DNA of 64,000 nucleotides from Penicillus capitatus (Eukaryota; Plantae; Chlorophyta): contig OZ287698.1 of assembly GCA_965649825.1 (NCBI GenBank), forward strand, positions 1,565,949 to 1,629,948. The letters are read 5' to 3'. Made by a program: the position numbers and the translations under genes. Within the stretch, counting starts at the first letter, position 1, and the number at the start of each line of letters is the position of its first letter. The notes below the pieces were generated by a model. It worked only from the letters and a program-made list of their open reading frames with translations, did not search any database and was not told the DNA's origin. Below are positions 48,801-61,104 of the stretch, one piece after another.

Positions 48801-51800
48801 AAAGAGCTATTTAGATTTGATTCAGCTTTACAGATCTCTTCTTTCGAAGAAGAGGTAATCTGTGTCTGTGGATTGCACTTGAGTATCCATGATGTAGGTG
48901 TGAGTACAAAATGGCTCATGACAGATTGCTGAATGGACTAAAGAAGCTCCAAGAGTGTAATGTCACCGTTGCAGAAATGCAGAAAGAACTGAAAAAACTG
49001 GAACCCGTTCTGAAAGAACGCTCAGAATCAACGGCACAACTCGTGTTGAAGATCGCCGCAGATCAAGAAGAGGCTGAAAGAGTGAAGAGCATCATCGGTG
49101 CCGAAGAACTTGAAGTCAAGTCTATGCAAAGGGAGACGCAGGCGATTGCAGATGAAGCCAAGGCAGATCTGGAAGAGGCTCTTCCAGCACTGCAAGCAGC
49201 AGTTGACAGTCTTAAAGCCTTGAACAAGAATGATATCGTGGAGATCAAATCCTTTCCAAAGCCACCACCACTCGTCCAGATGACGATGGAAGCTGTTTGC
49301 ATTTTGAAGCAGGAGAAACCCGATTGGGACACATCAAAGAAGATTCTTGGCGATACGAACTTCATGAAGTCTCTAGAGGACTTTGACAAAGACAGGATTC
49401 CTGAATCTGTGATCAGAAGACTGAAGAAGTACATAGACGATCCGAGCTACCTCCCTGACATCGTCGGAAAGCAGTCTTTGGCGGCGAAGTCACTTTGTAT
49501 GTGGACAAGGGCAATGGATGTTTATCACAGGTGTGGCACGTGATGTTGCCAAATACCGAATGTCGTGGTTCAGGGTGGGCAAGATGGTCAAACCGAAGCA
49601 AGAGAAGCTGAAGGAGACAGAGGAAGCCTTGGAGAAAGCAAACGCGAAACTGCAAGAAAAACAGGCATCTCTAAAAGAAGTAGAAGATCGAGTGCAAAGT
49701 GCAATTCTGTCACTTGCTTGTCAGTGATTTTTGAATGGCAACCGTTTCAGATCTTCGTGATGAACTTGCCCAAGCAGAAAACGATCAGAAGCAGTTGAAA
49801 GAGCAAGCTGCTTTGACAGAACTGCGTCTTACGAGAGCAGGAAAGTTGACATCTGCGCTCGAGATTGAAGGACAGCGTTGGCAAGAAACGGCAACACAGA
49901 TCCAACAAGATACTGAGTTGCTTGTCGGCGACGTTTTTCTGGCAGCTGCTTGTGTGTCCTACGTTGGCGCTTTTACAGGTCCCTACAGGTGCCATCCGTC
50001 CCATCAGCATCTCCAAGGACACACGTTCTGTTCTGGTGGTCTAGGGAAGAACTCGTCAGACAGTGGATGGGTATGTGTCAAGAACATGGAGTGGCTGTTT
50101 CCTCAAAATTCGCTTTACGAAGCATACTGTCGTCAGCAATTGAAATCCGAGAGTGGAGTATATGTGGACTGCCATCAGACAGTGTTTCATGCGACAATGC
50201 AATCCTTGTCTGTCACACAAAGCGCTGGCCACTCTTGATCGACCCACAGGTGCCTTGCAATCGAACCCGCTTGTCTTCTCAGATGATGTAAACAGGAGCA
50301 AGCAAACACATGGATCAAAGCCCTGTCAGCCAGAGAAGGCCTTCGGGCAATCAAACGCACAGATGCGAACTTCCTAAGGGTGATTGAAAACAGTATTCGT
50401 GCCGGAAACCCAGTCCTCTTGGAAGATGTTGGCGAAGAACTGGATCCTTCTCTCGAACCTGTCCTGCAGAAATCAACATTCCTGAGAGATGGAAGACTGA
50501 TGATACGCCTGGGAGATACAGACGTGGATTATGACGAGGGATTTAGATTCTACATGACAACGAAACTGCCAAATCCTCATTACCTGCCGGAGACATGCAT
50601 CAAAGTTACGCTCATTAACTTCACCGTTACGATGAAGGCACGTCGTCTCTTTTGCCGATCCTACTGCATCTGTCACACTTCTGACAGGGCTTGGAGGATC
50701 AACTATTGAGTGAAGTGATCAGAAGAGAGCGTCCAGATCTGGAGGAACAAAGGGATCAATTAGTTGTGAGCATCTCGCAAGACAAACAGGAATTGAGTGC
50801 ACTGGAGGATCGCATCCTCATGCTCTTGAAAGAGAGTGAAGGCAACATCCTGGATGACGAACAACTGATTGACGTCCTCAACAACTCAAAGCAGACATCG
50901 AATACGATCAAAGTAAATATAAAGCAGTTGCCTCTCCCTTCAGCAAGGGTGTCTGTCAGGATCGTGTTCGAGATGCAGAAGTGACTGAGCGTTCCATCAA
51001 CGATACCCGGGAACTCTATCGTCCAGCTGCCGTGAGGGGTGCCGTGCTGTTCTTTGTGGTTGCAGACATGGCAGCCATCTCACCAATGTACCAGTATTCC
51101 TTGAGCTACTTCACAAGACTCTTCGTCCACTGCATTGATGCCAGTCCTGTCTCAGACAACGTCGCGGATCGACTAAAGAATCTGAACAGCTTTACGACGC
51201 AGTATTTATTCGAAAATGTTCAGCGGGGTTTGTTTGAAGACCACAAGACAATTTTCAGTTTTCTGATATGCACCAGCATTCTGAGACGATCTCATAGCGA
51301 AGAGATAACGGAGAAGGAATGGAGTCTCTTTACGAGAGGTGATGCTGTTGATGCAAAACGAATGTCACGAAGCTCGCGTTTCACCTTCGGCTGTAGGGAT
51401 CCCCGATATTCAGGATAGTCCTAAGCCTCCAAGCATGACATGGCTTTCTCAGCATGCCTGGAATTCCTTATCCCACTTGGACAAGCACCTCCATGCATTT
51501 CAAGGAATTCTGCAGAGCTTCCGGAAAGAACCTGATCAATGGAGAGCTTGGTACAGAACCGACACGTAAACGATGATCATATTCAGTGGCCATGTCTATA
51601 CTGTAGGATGACCTCGTCTAACTTGTACTCTGTTCCTTTACCGGCACATTGGTCCTCTTACCTCTCTCCGTTTCAAAGACTCATACTCGCGAAGATCATA
51701 AAGGCAGAGGATCTGCTTCGTTCCGTTATCGCTTTTATCTCAGAGATGCTGGGCAACGGATTCGTGGAGCCCAGTCCATGGAATTTGGATGACGTCTTTC

Positions 51801-53757
51801 CAGATACAAACCGTGGCACGCCTACCATCTTCGTTCTCAGTCCTGGCGCTGATCCAACATCTGCACTCCAAAGATTTGCAAGGGGGAAGGGATGGTCTCC
51901 TGGTGAAAGACTGCATCTGATCTCTATGGGACAAGGCCAAGGAAGAATCGCAGAAAGGGTCATAGGTCAGGCTGTCAAGTCTGGAGATTGGATCTGTCTC
52001 CAGAACTGCCACGTTGCAACATCGTGGTTTGGAAAACTCGAACGGATCGTCGAAGACATCATCTCCAATTCTCAAGTGCATCCAGACTTTCGTCTCTGGC
52101 TCACAGCAATGCCGTCTGAGCATTTTCCTGTCTCAGTACTCCAGAATGGCATCAAACTCACAACAGAGCCGCCAATGGGCATCAAGGCTAATCTTGTGAA
52201 AGCGTACGCGGATTTGACGGCAAAAGAGTTTGATGCCTGTCCCAGTCATCCATGGGAATGGCGGCAGCTGTTTTTTGCCATTTCCCTCTTTCATGCCGTC
52301 GTCTTGCAAAGACGCAAATTCGGTTCCCTGGGATGGAATGTACCCTATGACTTCAGTGCTGGGGATATGGATTGTTCGCTTTCTACCGTCAAGCTCTATC
52401 TGGATAAAGATGTCAAGGATCAGATTCCGTGGACGGCATTGAGATACCTTATTGGAGAGATTCACTATGGCGGGAGAGTGACGGATGCATGGGATCGTCG
52501 CTGTCTGCTTTCAACATTGCGACACTATGTTCACCCTGACGTCCTGGATGACAGTAGCAATTCTGATTGGCATGGCATCTACCATCCTCCTGTGGGCGAT
52601 ACCATCGACGATCAGAGAGCATGCATCACGCAGATTGCTGGATCAGAAACGCCAGATATTTTTGGTCTGCATGCCAATGCAGAAACCACTCTGCGTTTGC
52701 AAGAGAGTCGAAAACTCATGCATGCTGTCTGCGCATTACAACCGCGCCTTATATTCACCGGTGATGGTCAGAGCGAAGATGAAGATGGCGTGGTGGTCAT
52801 CATCAATGGTCTCTTACAAAACCTGGCACCGCGATTGGACAAAGCCAAGTGCTCAGATGGACTGTTTGATAAGAATGAGAGCGGTCAGCGCAGTTCACTC
52901 GCAGTGGTCTTGGCCCGAGAAGTGGACAGAATGAACCGGTTCCTGCCAACTTCCAACATGCATCGCACTGAGGTCTCTCGTGGCTGTCTGCAGGTTGACA
53001 GACACGATCCATGCGAGCTTGGTGGAACTGAAACGGGCGATTCAAGGATTGGTAATGATGACGCCAGAGATGGAAGATACACATGTCTCGCTGTCAGAGA
53101 ACTGTGTTCCCTTGCAGTGGAAAAGGGTGGCGTATCCATCCAACAAGAGCTTGGCGTCATGGATGAGAGATTACTGCCAACGTGCAGAATTCATGCGCCA
53201 GTGGCTTGAAGAGAGACAGCCAAAGAGTTTCTGGCTAAGTGGTTTCTTCTTTCCCCAAGTGACACATCGCCACATCTTTGCTGGATGATTCATGTACTGC
53301 ACATCTGCAGGGCTTCTTGACCGGTGTCCTACAACAGCATGCAAGAAAACACAACTTGGCCATTGATACACTGAGTTTCGAAACTCGAGTTACAGAGTGG
53401 ACAAGCGTGGAGCAGATCACAGCAGCACCAGAGGATGGCGTTCTTATCCACGGACTCTACTTGGAGAGCGGTCAATGGAATTCTGAACAATCTTGTCTGT
53501 CCGATGCAGAAAGCGGCATCATGCACTCAGAGATGCCAATCATTCATCTGAGACCGATCCAGACGGGTGCGAATGATGAAAGGGATCAGGCCTACAGTTG
53601 TCCCCTGTATAAGACAACACAACGTGCAGGTGCCCTGTCAACGACTGGGCAAAGCACCAATCATGTGGCGACGCTCCGACTGCCAATGGATCCCAACACC
53701 AGTGAAGGTTTCTGGATCCTGAGAGCCACTGCCTTAATTTGTGCATTAGACGATTAA
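39857..53757 (+). CDS. Axonemal inner-arm (single-headed, DNAH6-like) dynein heavy chain, about 37 short introns, about 4000 aa
   Basis: [38 protein letters not shown]1 GPAGTGKTET, DEFNRI, ELPENLK|[24 protein letters not shown]2 [24 protein letters not shown]4 GVGGSGK, stalk/[49 protein letters not shown]|GFLT, C-terminal [10 protein letters not shown]. All frame breaks are resolved by introns. Confidence 0.97.
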
Positions 53758-53838
53758 CGCATTTCTAAACGCATTTGTATGTGATTGCCGCAGCAGGGAA
53801 AGTGGCACAGCAAGACCTGTACGAAACGACGCGTCAAA

Positions 53839-56205
53839 ATGTCGAACAGCGATAATGAAGCCCTTCTTCCGGCCTCTGTTTTGCGTAACATCGGGGATAA
53901 GATGTACGAAAAGCGCAAAATTGCGGCCCTTGAGGTTGAACAGATAATGAAGAAGCTCGCAGCGAGTGGTGCTCGAGACAAGATCCGGGTTCTTCTTGGT
54001 AAACTTGTCAACGACTATGCACTGTCTGGTCAAGCCAACAGAAGAAAGGTCACACTTTCTCATACATTGATATCCATGCAGTCTACTCCAGGGAGGATTA
54101 TTGTGTTTGGCGGCAGCGACTGTTGCGCTTAAGCGTTTCTATGATCGGTTAAAGTTTAATTACCTTGGTCAGATTATCGATCCAGTTTCCCTCTCCCTCA
54201 GCGATCAAGATGCTCGTGTACGCTATTATGCATGCGAGGCGCTTTACAACATTGCCAAATCGATGCAAGAGGAGTTTATTTCTAATCAGGAGCTTTTCCT
54301 CAATGTGTTCAATGCTCTGTTCAATCTGTATGGAGACATGGACAGTAACGTCCAGAATGCGGCGCAGCATTTAGATGAAGTGCTGAAGAGCATTGTGACT
54401 TCGAGCTCCGATTTCGACATCAGTGAACTGATGCACTGTCTCAAAGAAAACCTTTTTGCCACAAATGTGAAGAAACGACAGTTCTTGATTGGCTGGGTGA
54501 AGGCTGTTTTTGGCGTACCTTCTATAGACATGCTTCTCTATCTACCAGACATCTTACCAGGGCTCATGAATATGATGGAGGACAACATTCAGGAGATTCG
54601 ACAGCTTACCTCCAACACACTAGAGGTGATGAAGACATGATGTCCCCACAAACCCCTCTGTCTGTCTTCTAAGGGAGAGTATGTGTTGTAGGACTTTTTG
54701 GACGAGTTGAAGAAATCCGGAGCGGAATCTTGTGTCGATTACACAGCTGTCATGTCTGTTCTGTTGGACAGCTGTCAGTCGGATGACACAGCGACAAGTC
54801 TTATGGCATTGAAGTGGATTGGGACAGTAGTAGAGACTGCTCCATTGGAAGTGCTGAGCGAATATGGAGCCATGGTTGGTGCTGTACTGTCCTGCATCAG
54901 CCACCAGAATCTGGATGTGCAGAGAGCGGCATTGTCCGTCAATGCTGCTCTTTTACAGTCCAACACTTCTGGGACGTGGACGTCTCTCGACATACACGAT
55001 TTGCTTCACAAAATCAACAGAGAGCTCTCGAGTAATCAGGAACCAACCAGACTGGAAGCGCTGCACTGGCTTGAGTTTCTGCTGATGCAGTGCCCCGATG
55101 CTGTCTTAGATGAGAGTGAATCTGTTGTGAATGCCGTCCTGGATGCTCTAACCATGCACTGGGACAGAGTTGTCAAATCAGGAATTCATCTGCTGGGACT
55201 TCTGGCACGACAGAAAGATCGATTTCGTTTTGTGATGAAGGCGCTGCTCCAAAGGCGAGCATGACATCTCTCTCCCTTGTATAAATGATGATTATGGAGA
55301 TGGATTGCGTTAGATTTCAAGGACGTGATGGACTCAAGCTGTTGCATTCCTCTGGTGCATTTGTGATTCAGAGGCTGGCCTTACAGTTGGGTGCCAAGTC
55401 CGTATTCGGAGAGCTAGCGACAGCCATACAGGCAGAGAACTTCAGTCCTGATTTCTGTTCGACGATCGTTCAGGCACTGAATGTTCTTCTTGTCACATCT
55501 CCAGAATTGGCCGATCTGCCGGTGAGATGGCTCTGCACAGCAATATCTTCTCTCTGTGTGTGACGCTGTTGTTGTTGTTTTGAACAGCAACTCTTGCGAA
55601 AAGGCATCAAAGATGACGAAGCACGAGAGTTCTTCTTGACGCTGTTTCCTGCATGGAGTCGTTCTGTCTGTGCTATCCTGACAATCTGTTTCCTCGTCCA
55701 GGCTTACGAATTCGCCTGGAAACTCATTTTGGATTTTGGCAATTCCCTGTATGGAACTTCGGCGGATGCTATGGTTCAGATTGTTCGTTTGGTTAAGCTC
55801 ATCGAAGCGCCTGCGTTTGGATTTCTGCGACTCGAACTGATCCAACACGAACAGTAAGGCCTTTGTGCATTCTCTACTCCATTCTCCCAATTGTTGCTCC
55901 ACAGAAACCCATACCTGTTGAAGTGCCTGCATGGATTGTTGATGCTCTTGCCTCAGACAGATGCCTTTCACACTTTGGTGGACAGATTGAAGAGTGTGCC
56001 GAATTTTGTTTGCACACCAACACACGTGGGTGACCTCCCGGGGAGCGTCTCTGGTTTGGAAGAGGATAAACTGCTGAAGATCTTTGCAGAGAATCGATCG
56101 TGTCATACAAAGGCACCTCCTGAGACGGGAATGTCATTACCATGGGATCAAGGATTTTACCATCGTCATCATCATCATCACTCTTTACATGAGAAATACC
56201 CTTAA
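53839..56205 (+). CDS. VAC14: VAC14 (PIKfyve/Fab1 complex HEAT-repeat scaffold), 5 introns
   Basis: LRNIGDKMYEKRKIAALEVE, NRRK|GGLLCLAA, DARVRYYACEALYNIAK, Fig4-binding region LLKCLHGLLMLLPQTDAF. Confidence 0.96.
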
Positions 56206-56299
56206 TGGGAGCGACCCTCCATTTCTGATTGATATCTCGTTTTTTCTGTGGATGGGTGACCAGGTTTCCAATTTCAACCTTGACAGTATTACTTCATGA

Positions 56300-56304
56300 T
56301 TACA
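56300..56304 (-). terminator. Putative TGTAA poly(A) signal for the DUF1997 gene
   Basis: TTACA on + strand about 75 bp beyond the stop. Confidence 0.4.
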
Positions 56305-56379
56305 GAGACCGATTCGAATGTGCCGGGTCGTTTGAACGGTGGTGGAGGTTTCGTAGATGCACACAGAGAGAACGGCAAC

Positions 56380-57601
56380 TCATGTTTCGCCATTGTCTTC
56401 ATGAGTTGAGTTTTTGGTGTTTGCATCTTTAAAACGGAACAAGCCTCGTCCTTTCTGTGCACTTCTGGGTTCTCCATTTGCCCAAGCACAGTAATCTGTA
56501 ACAATCAGGTCGAGGAGATTTGGCAATGCTCCGTTGACCATGTGTCTCAATATAATCCTTCCAGCCGAACCAATGATGATCTTGGGAACGAATGCCAATA
56601 CTGGAGGGATGGCAACGTTCAGTCGCAGTTGTACAGCACAATTCAGACGAACCAGATTCGCATCTGTCTGAATCCTTTTTTCATTCACCCTACTATCCCC
56701 CTTCTCTTTTTCTATCTGGATCCCCGGTTGTCCTTGTTGCGGCGGATCAACCTCGATTTGAATGGAATCGTAAGACTGAAGTGTTAACGATGATGATTCG
56801 CTGTCTGACACGCTGTCATCCATGGCTGTGGACGAAATCTCATCCAACTGCTGCAATGGGACACCAGCAGACTTGATCAACTGCAGATCCTTGACATCTT
56901 CAAGTAAACTGTCGACCTCAGGAGAGTTCCTCCTTCGAAAAGGCATCCAGTTGCGTCTCCCTGTTGTCGAGAAGAGAAACAGACGAAGTCGGATGGAGAG
57001 CAATCTGTCCAATTCTGGTTTTCCAAAGGTGACGCCCTCGATGAACATCGTCACGGTATTCCGGCGAAGATCTCGTCGAACCTTCACATCGGCCATCACA
57101 GGTCCCGTGTCAATTCCGAGCAGTTCATTTACTGGAATCGTCACTCTGAATGTGGAACCATCTGACAGACAGACAAACAGACAAACAGACATCACAAGAC
57201 AGACATTGCTCAACAGGACAGATGGCCATGCCTTTGTGAGGTGACATCTGTATCCATTCTGGATCCAGAAGGGAATACTCTGAGACAGGCAGCCGCAGGT
57301 ATGATTTCAGATCGGATCCAGGACGGGTGCCTTCCTAAGAGGACGCACGCATGGCGAGAACTGTTCTCTGTGAGCTCACTCGGAGTTTGGTCGAACATCG
57401 TGTTCGAACGCGCAAAAGCACTTTGGGTCGCGTTGGCTGTATCGTCGTCACGACATCATCTTGTGACGACGGATCGGATTCCACCTCCTCCATCTGTTCG
57501 CTTCTTTTGAGCCACAGGTTGACGCGGCGCACAGCCCCTTCGACGGCGCGCACCGGTCCTCTCTTTTTCTCGAAGCACAGGATTCTTGGATACATCATCA
57601 T
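56380..57601 (-). CDS. DUF1997-family protein (plastid/cyanobacterial type), transit-peptide-like N-terminus
   Basis: YLRLPVSEYSLLDPEWI, DGSTFRVTIP, and C-terminal LNVAIPPVLAFVP...IGSAG...L...LIVTDYCAW. Confidence 0.75.
57162..57205 (+). repeat. Intronic (GACA/AACA)n microsatellite
   Basis: GACAGACAGACAAACAGACAAACAGAC within the DUF1997 intron. Confidence 0.7.
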
Positions 57602-57712
57602 CCGGCGACGCGGATTCCTTCCTCGCTGCGCCATCCGAAGGACGCCATCTGACTTTGGCCGCGAGTTGAGAGAATTGCCGGTGATTTGCATTTTTCCAAA
57701 CGCGAAATCGAG

Positions 57713-58878
57713 ATGCAGTTGACAACACTCCATCGATCCGTGAGGCAGCCCGTTCGGTTCTGTCACCGACCACGGATCCAACGACATGTCTCCCTGCGCA
57801 TCCAGAGGATTCGATGCTCCGAAGGAGACGGAAAGAAAACGGATGAGGCCAAAGAGAAAACGACCGAGGCTACCTTCACTGAGATTTTGAGAAAACAGGG
57901 AATGGAGCCAGAGAGGGCACAACGTATTCTGCAAGCGTGGAAAGAAAGCGGATTGGAGAATCCGCAGCAACTCCGTAGACTGTTCCTGCGTGGCTCTCTG
58001 CGACCCCTGTCCGTCATACTCGTTCAGCTGTTCCTTGACGCAGGGGCCACTTATGGATGCTTTGTATTCGCTGCATCAATCACAGCTGCACCTGGGCTTC
58101 CGGCCCCATACCTGATTTCGGCACTCGGAACATTTGCCGGATTCTATTTTTTGTCGTCGACTGCTTTTGACATTGTCACGTTGGCGACTGTATTGTGGTC
58201 CATCTATCGTTTTGGCACCAACACCGATGCATTCCTAAAAGCACTGCAAACTGTCGCTGGGCGCTCTGATCTGAGCGTCCTCGATAAGGCCAAGAAGATC
58301 GTGGATGCATTCAAGATTATTCAAGCCCTGAATGAGATCGCCGACATTCTCAGGGTAGGCCATTGAATCCAATGCATCTCTCCATATCCATTCGCTTTCT
58401 GTATGTGCAGGAGAAGGAAACAGGAGAGATCTCGAGTCTGGAGAATCTCTCTGCTTTCTTGACGCTGTCGCATGCAGAGAACAATTATGGCTTTCAACCA
58501 GAGAAATATGGATTGACAGTGAAAGAAGCGACGAACATCGCTGTTGTCTTCTCGCGTTACGACGAGAATGAAGACGGTGTTCTGCAGATCTCCGAAATCG
58601 GAAAACTCGCGTACAGCAATTTCACTTGTTCTTCATCGTAGACCACCACGCATCTCTATGTATGCCATCCAGTGAGGCACTGGGGACTCCATTGGAGGAG
58701 GAAGAATTGACTGCGGCAATGAAGATTCTGGACACGGATGAAAGCGGGGTCATTGAATTCTACGAGTTTGTAGACTGGTGGGTCAACAAGGTCGTCAACC
58801 TGCTACCCCTATCCTTAGAAGCTGACCGTCTTCTGTTCACAGGTCAAGCCAGAGCGCGCTAAGGCCATCCAATCTTGA
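57713..58878 (+). CDS. Predicted plastid membrane protein with two C-terminal EF-hands, 3 introns
   Basis: Arg/Ser-rich transit-like N-terminus, hydrophobic helices, EF loops YDENEDGVLQISE and LDTDESGVIEFYEF. Confidence 0.8.
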
Positions 58879-58981
58879 AAAACAATTCTCGGATGTGATG
58901 TGACAGACGGGGGGTGGCCTGTCTTTGGTGAACCTGTTTTTGCAACAATCGTTATGTAGTATCAACGTTGGAAGCAGTCGA

Positions 58982-60913
58982 TTATCTGGTTCTTGAAATA
59001 TACTTCCGGTACTTCCATGAGAATTCTGGTTTTCTTAACAGAGGCTCTTCTTGCTCTTCATCTGTCTTCTTCTCCTTCTGAGCCCATTGAACGTCCAAAC
59101 TCTCCAATGCAGCTTCGATTTCCTGTCGACGATCGTCCGCCGTGCGATGTGTTGAACAAGGTGATCGTTGCAGTGTCTTTCTGTGCTTCTGAATGGACTC
59201 GGTTGTATCAAGGTGAACGCCGTAGACTCCGAGATGTGCCCCATTTATCCACAACGGTCGCCTCTCAGCTATTTGAAGTCCAAGACTTTTGTACAGGAAT
59301 GGATGGTTGCACGGAAAGTACACTCTTGATCCTAAGATGGCATTCATTGCCTCTGAGAAACAGTTATGACGTGCTGCCTGCTTACCCTTGCATTCTCTGA
59401 ACAGAAAGGCACCCAAATCAGCCCATGACTGCTTGAGAGAGGAAATAATGTCGAAAGGAGGAAACTCTCTTCTCTTTTTAATTCCCCACGGCGGATTGGT
59501 GATGACGAGATCTGGCTGCCGATTCAGAGACCATTGACGGCAATTTGATTCAGCTATGTTGATATGACCTCGCAGTCCAGCGACATCTCTTGCCTGTTCT
59601 CCCAGCTGAACAGCGATCTTGGCAGACAGTGAGTGAGCCAACTTTTTCGCCAAGGTAGATGGATATGTACAGGGTGGATGTCGCATCCAATAATGTGGCC
59701 ATTCCATGAATGCCGTCGTCCGGATTCCGCCTCTTTCACCAAGGCAGTCCAATCAGATTCATTAAAATCGGGCCATTTCATAAATGGCCAGTCCTGACGA
59801 ACAAGACCAGGAGGGTACTGCAAGGCTATGAGTGCCGCCTCACACAACAGCGTACCGCTGCCACACATTGGATCCACAAACACAGCACCTGCACACCATT
59901 CCTTTTAGACATCCAAGAAGAATCCATGCACTCGGACCTTTTCTCTTGCAGATCTCATGCCACTTTCCCATATAGAGCAATGCAGCAGCCGATGGTTCCG
60001 CCAAAGCAGCAGGATGAAAGACACGTCTGTATCCGCGGCTGTTGAGTCGGTGCACGTCATGCACATAGATCATCAGCACGACATCTTAGGTGTTGAATAT
60101 ACCTGTTTATGGATGGGCCTGAGAGATCTCTATACAACATGATGGTGTTCCTGTATATAGTGACATAGAATGGAATATCTACGATCACGGATCCCTTGTC
60201 CGCAATAGTCAGAGGATATCCCAATTTCTCTGCCTCTCTCTTGATGCTCTCTGCAATCTCTCTGTTCACCATTTCTGAATCTCTTATGGTTGTGCAGCCC
60301 CACACAGAAGATTTTACTCCAATTCTGTGTTCATATCCAATATATCTGTCCAAGTTGGGAATCTTCGATATGAAGTCTGACAACTGCAAAACGTAGAGTG
60401 GATAGATTCCTTTGGAACAGGGAAACAGACCGATAGTTTGGGAGGCTGATTGGTGGGCAGCTTGCTTTTGTAAATGCAGTGTAAAATGCGATGGGCTGTT
60501 CGATGCCACATACAGGCAGCATAGCCTACGCGCATGCTCTTTCCTCTACACCCAGTTCTCGAAATACTCGGCGAGATTTGAAACCATGGACCTGAATGTC
60601 ACTCCAGAAGCTGTCTTCTCGATCAGGTCTGCCTCAATGATAGGATTCTCCAATTCTTCTGCGGCAATCTACAAAGAGAAAAGCATATCATACGCGGAGA
60701 CACTTCCATCGAACGCACGTCTTCCATTCCAGCGACGCAGGAAATGAAAAATTTCTCCAGTCGTTTGCCTTTCTTGCTGCTGAAAGGCACAGGATCCGAC
60801 GGCGCTATTCGACGTTTGGCCTGATCTCTGTTGCTGAACGAAAATCTCCGTCGCCATTTTGCAAAAACGCTTCGCAAATTCGCGGCTGTGCCATGACTAG
60901 GCAGACGCATCAT
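58982..60913 (-). CDS. THUMP-domain SAM-dependent RNA m2G methyltransferase (RlmL/UPF0020-like), probably organelle-targeted
   Basis: FFISCVAGMED|IAAEEL, GYAACMWHRTAHRIL, LYRDLSG, RGYR, FVDPMCGSGTLLCEAAL, IIGCDIHP, VITNPPWG. Confidence 0.88.
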
Positions 60914-61104
60914 GTCATTCGGTCCATCAGATCAGATGTAAACGCATCAGTAGACAACCTTCCAACTTGCTCGTTTGGCACTTTGACAAGTAGTTGTCGA
61001 TTTTTGACCGATACAAAGGCATCCATTGCATTGAAACTAATCAAAGGTATGAAAAAGAGAATGAGAAATCTCTGCATTTTCTTCCCGCCTTCCTTTGAGG
61101 GAAC

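Noticed and set aside
39857-53757. Dynein or other split genes as frameshifted pseudogenes
   Set aside because: Each frame change coincides with a short (about 44-61 bp) GT-AG or GC-AG intron that restores the reading frame, usually through conserved motifs.
16074-57231. Additional candidate GC donors at 16074, 22506, 42405, 57231 (minus) and 11177 (minus)
   Set aside because: For 16074, 42405 and 57231 a nearby GT donor gives the same frame; for 22506 and 11177 no conserved motif fixes the boundary. Left out of the count.
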